A DNA stretch of 51,548 nucleotides from Convolutriloba macropyga (Eukaryota): NCBI RefSeq assembly GCF_964194025.1, contig NC_134474.1:33244453-33296000 (forward strand), written 5' to 3'. Both the position numbers and the translations under genes were made by a program. The notes beneath the pieces are model-generated. The model saw only the letters and a program-made list of their open reading frames with translations. It ran no database searches and was not told where the DNA came from. Shown piece after piece: positions 50,266-51,548 of this stretch. How positions within the stretch are numbered: the stretch's first letter is position 1; each line of letters opens with the position of its first letter.

Positions 50266-50767
50266 AGTGTGAATTTATATTGCTAACTATTTTTTGCAGA
50301 AAGCACTCCAATTGTTCAATAAAACTTTTTAAAAAGTATATTTGACTATAACTTTCTGATTTTTCTGTTAAAAAATAAATTTTACGCTAAACAGAGGTGT
50401 TTGAATGTTTTTTATCATTAATTGATCTGCCGTGCTCTCGGGCACGAGTAACAAGAACGATTTTACGATAAACTAACGAATATGTCCCAAAAATACAAAA
50501 TTTTCTGGTTAATTATAGTCTGTAACATTATGAAAATTTAGCGATCCCTCTTAATATATATTAGCTAATGTTAGCTGATAAATTCACCTCATTCCATTTA
50601 TGACACGTTCTAGTGCAGTTTTTGACATTCAAACACCTCTGTTTAGCGTAAAATTTCTTTTTTAACAGAGAAATCAGAAAGTTATAGTCAAATATACTTT
50701 TGAAAAAGTTTTATTGAACTATTGGAGTGCTTTCTGCAAAAAATTGTTATCAACATAAATTCACACT
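50266..50767. repeat. Long inverted repeat (~143-bp arms, 216-bp spacer)
   Basis: 50266-50408 is the near-exact reverse complement of 50625-50767. Confidence 0.92.
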
Positions 50768-51117
50768 AATAGTTTTTTTTCAAAATTTTTTTCTAAACAA
50801 AAAATGTACTAAACATAAAATATTCGTTCTTTTGACAACTAAAAAATCAACTCAATTTTGCGCTACATCAGAAAACAGAGTTAATTTTGCTACTGAAAGT
50901 TTTCCAGTGAAAGTCCATCTATAGAAACATAGGGAGCAATTTTCAATAATTCAGTTAAAGTTAAACCGCATTTTGAAATTAGTTTTGAATCAGGAACTCA
51001 AAGTGGCTCCTTTCGCTATTTTAAAGTTTTGATAACTTTTGCTCATTTGAACCATATAATTCTGTTTCTTAGATGGCAAAAACCCGCCATTTTTTACTTG
51101 CTCGTTTTTAATAATAA

Positions 51118-51495
51118 NNNNNNNNNNNNNNNNNNNNNNNNNNNNNNNNNNNNNNNNNNNNNNNNNNNNNNNNNNNNNNNNNNNNNNNNNNNNNNNNNNN
51201 NNNNNNNNNNNNNNNNNNNNNNNNNNNNNNNNNNNNNNNNNNNNNNNNNNNNNNNNNNNNNNNNNNNNNNNNNNNNNNNNNNNNNNNNNNNNNNNNNNNN
51301 NNNNNNNNNNNNNNNNNNNNNNTAAAAATTAATATTTTAAAAATTAATATATAAACNNNNNNNNNNNNNNNNNNNNNNNNNNNNNNNNNNNNNNNNNNNN
51401 NNNNNNNNNNNNNNNNNNNNNNNNNNNNNNNNNNNNNNNNNNNNNNNNNNNNNNNNNNNNNNNNNNNNNNNNNNNNNNNNNNNNNNNNNNNNNNN
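51118..51495. other. Assembly gaps or masked sequence (N runs 51118-51322 and 51357-51495)
   Basis: N characters. Confidence 0.99.
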
Positions 51496-51548
51496 CAATC
51501 ATGATGACAAGAGAAGTTCAAGTGACCAAAATTGAACATTCATAAATG

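Overview
AT-rich, intron-rich eukaryotic (animal-like) genomic DNA; most short ORFs in the track are noise. One large minus-strand gene spans the window. I reconstructed by hand 15 GT-AG exons (48771 down to 475; 5404 nt, about 1800 aa) that join in frame. They encode a possible signal peptide, a CUB domain, 2 FN2-like domains, 20 complete EGF-like repeats plus a partial one, FN3, a third FN2-like domain and 4 more FN3 domains. The gene continues past the left edge, so no transmembrane or catalytic domain is visible. The introns hold several mobile elements. (i) A complete 551-bp miniature LTR retrotransposon (TRIM, 18631-19181) with a 5-bp TSD, a copia-type half-tRNA-iMet PBS and a PPT; both LTRs carry a tRNA-like cloverleaf with Pol III A/B boxes. 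This is the best candidate for a novel system. (ii) A decayed Polinton/Maverick-type protein-primed DNA polymerase B whose 3' part is amplified into five ~1.6-kb tandem units inside a 16-kb intron. (iii) Several non-autonomous DNA transposons with CCC..GGG or CAC..GTG termini. A long inverted repeat and two N gaps lie at the right end.
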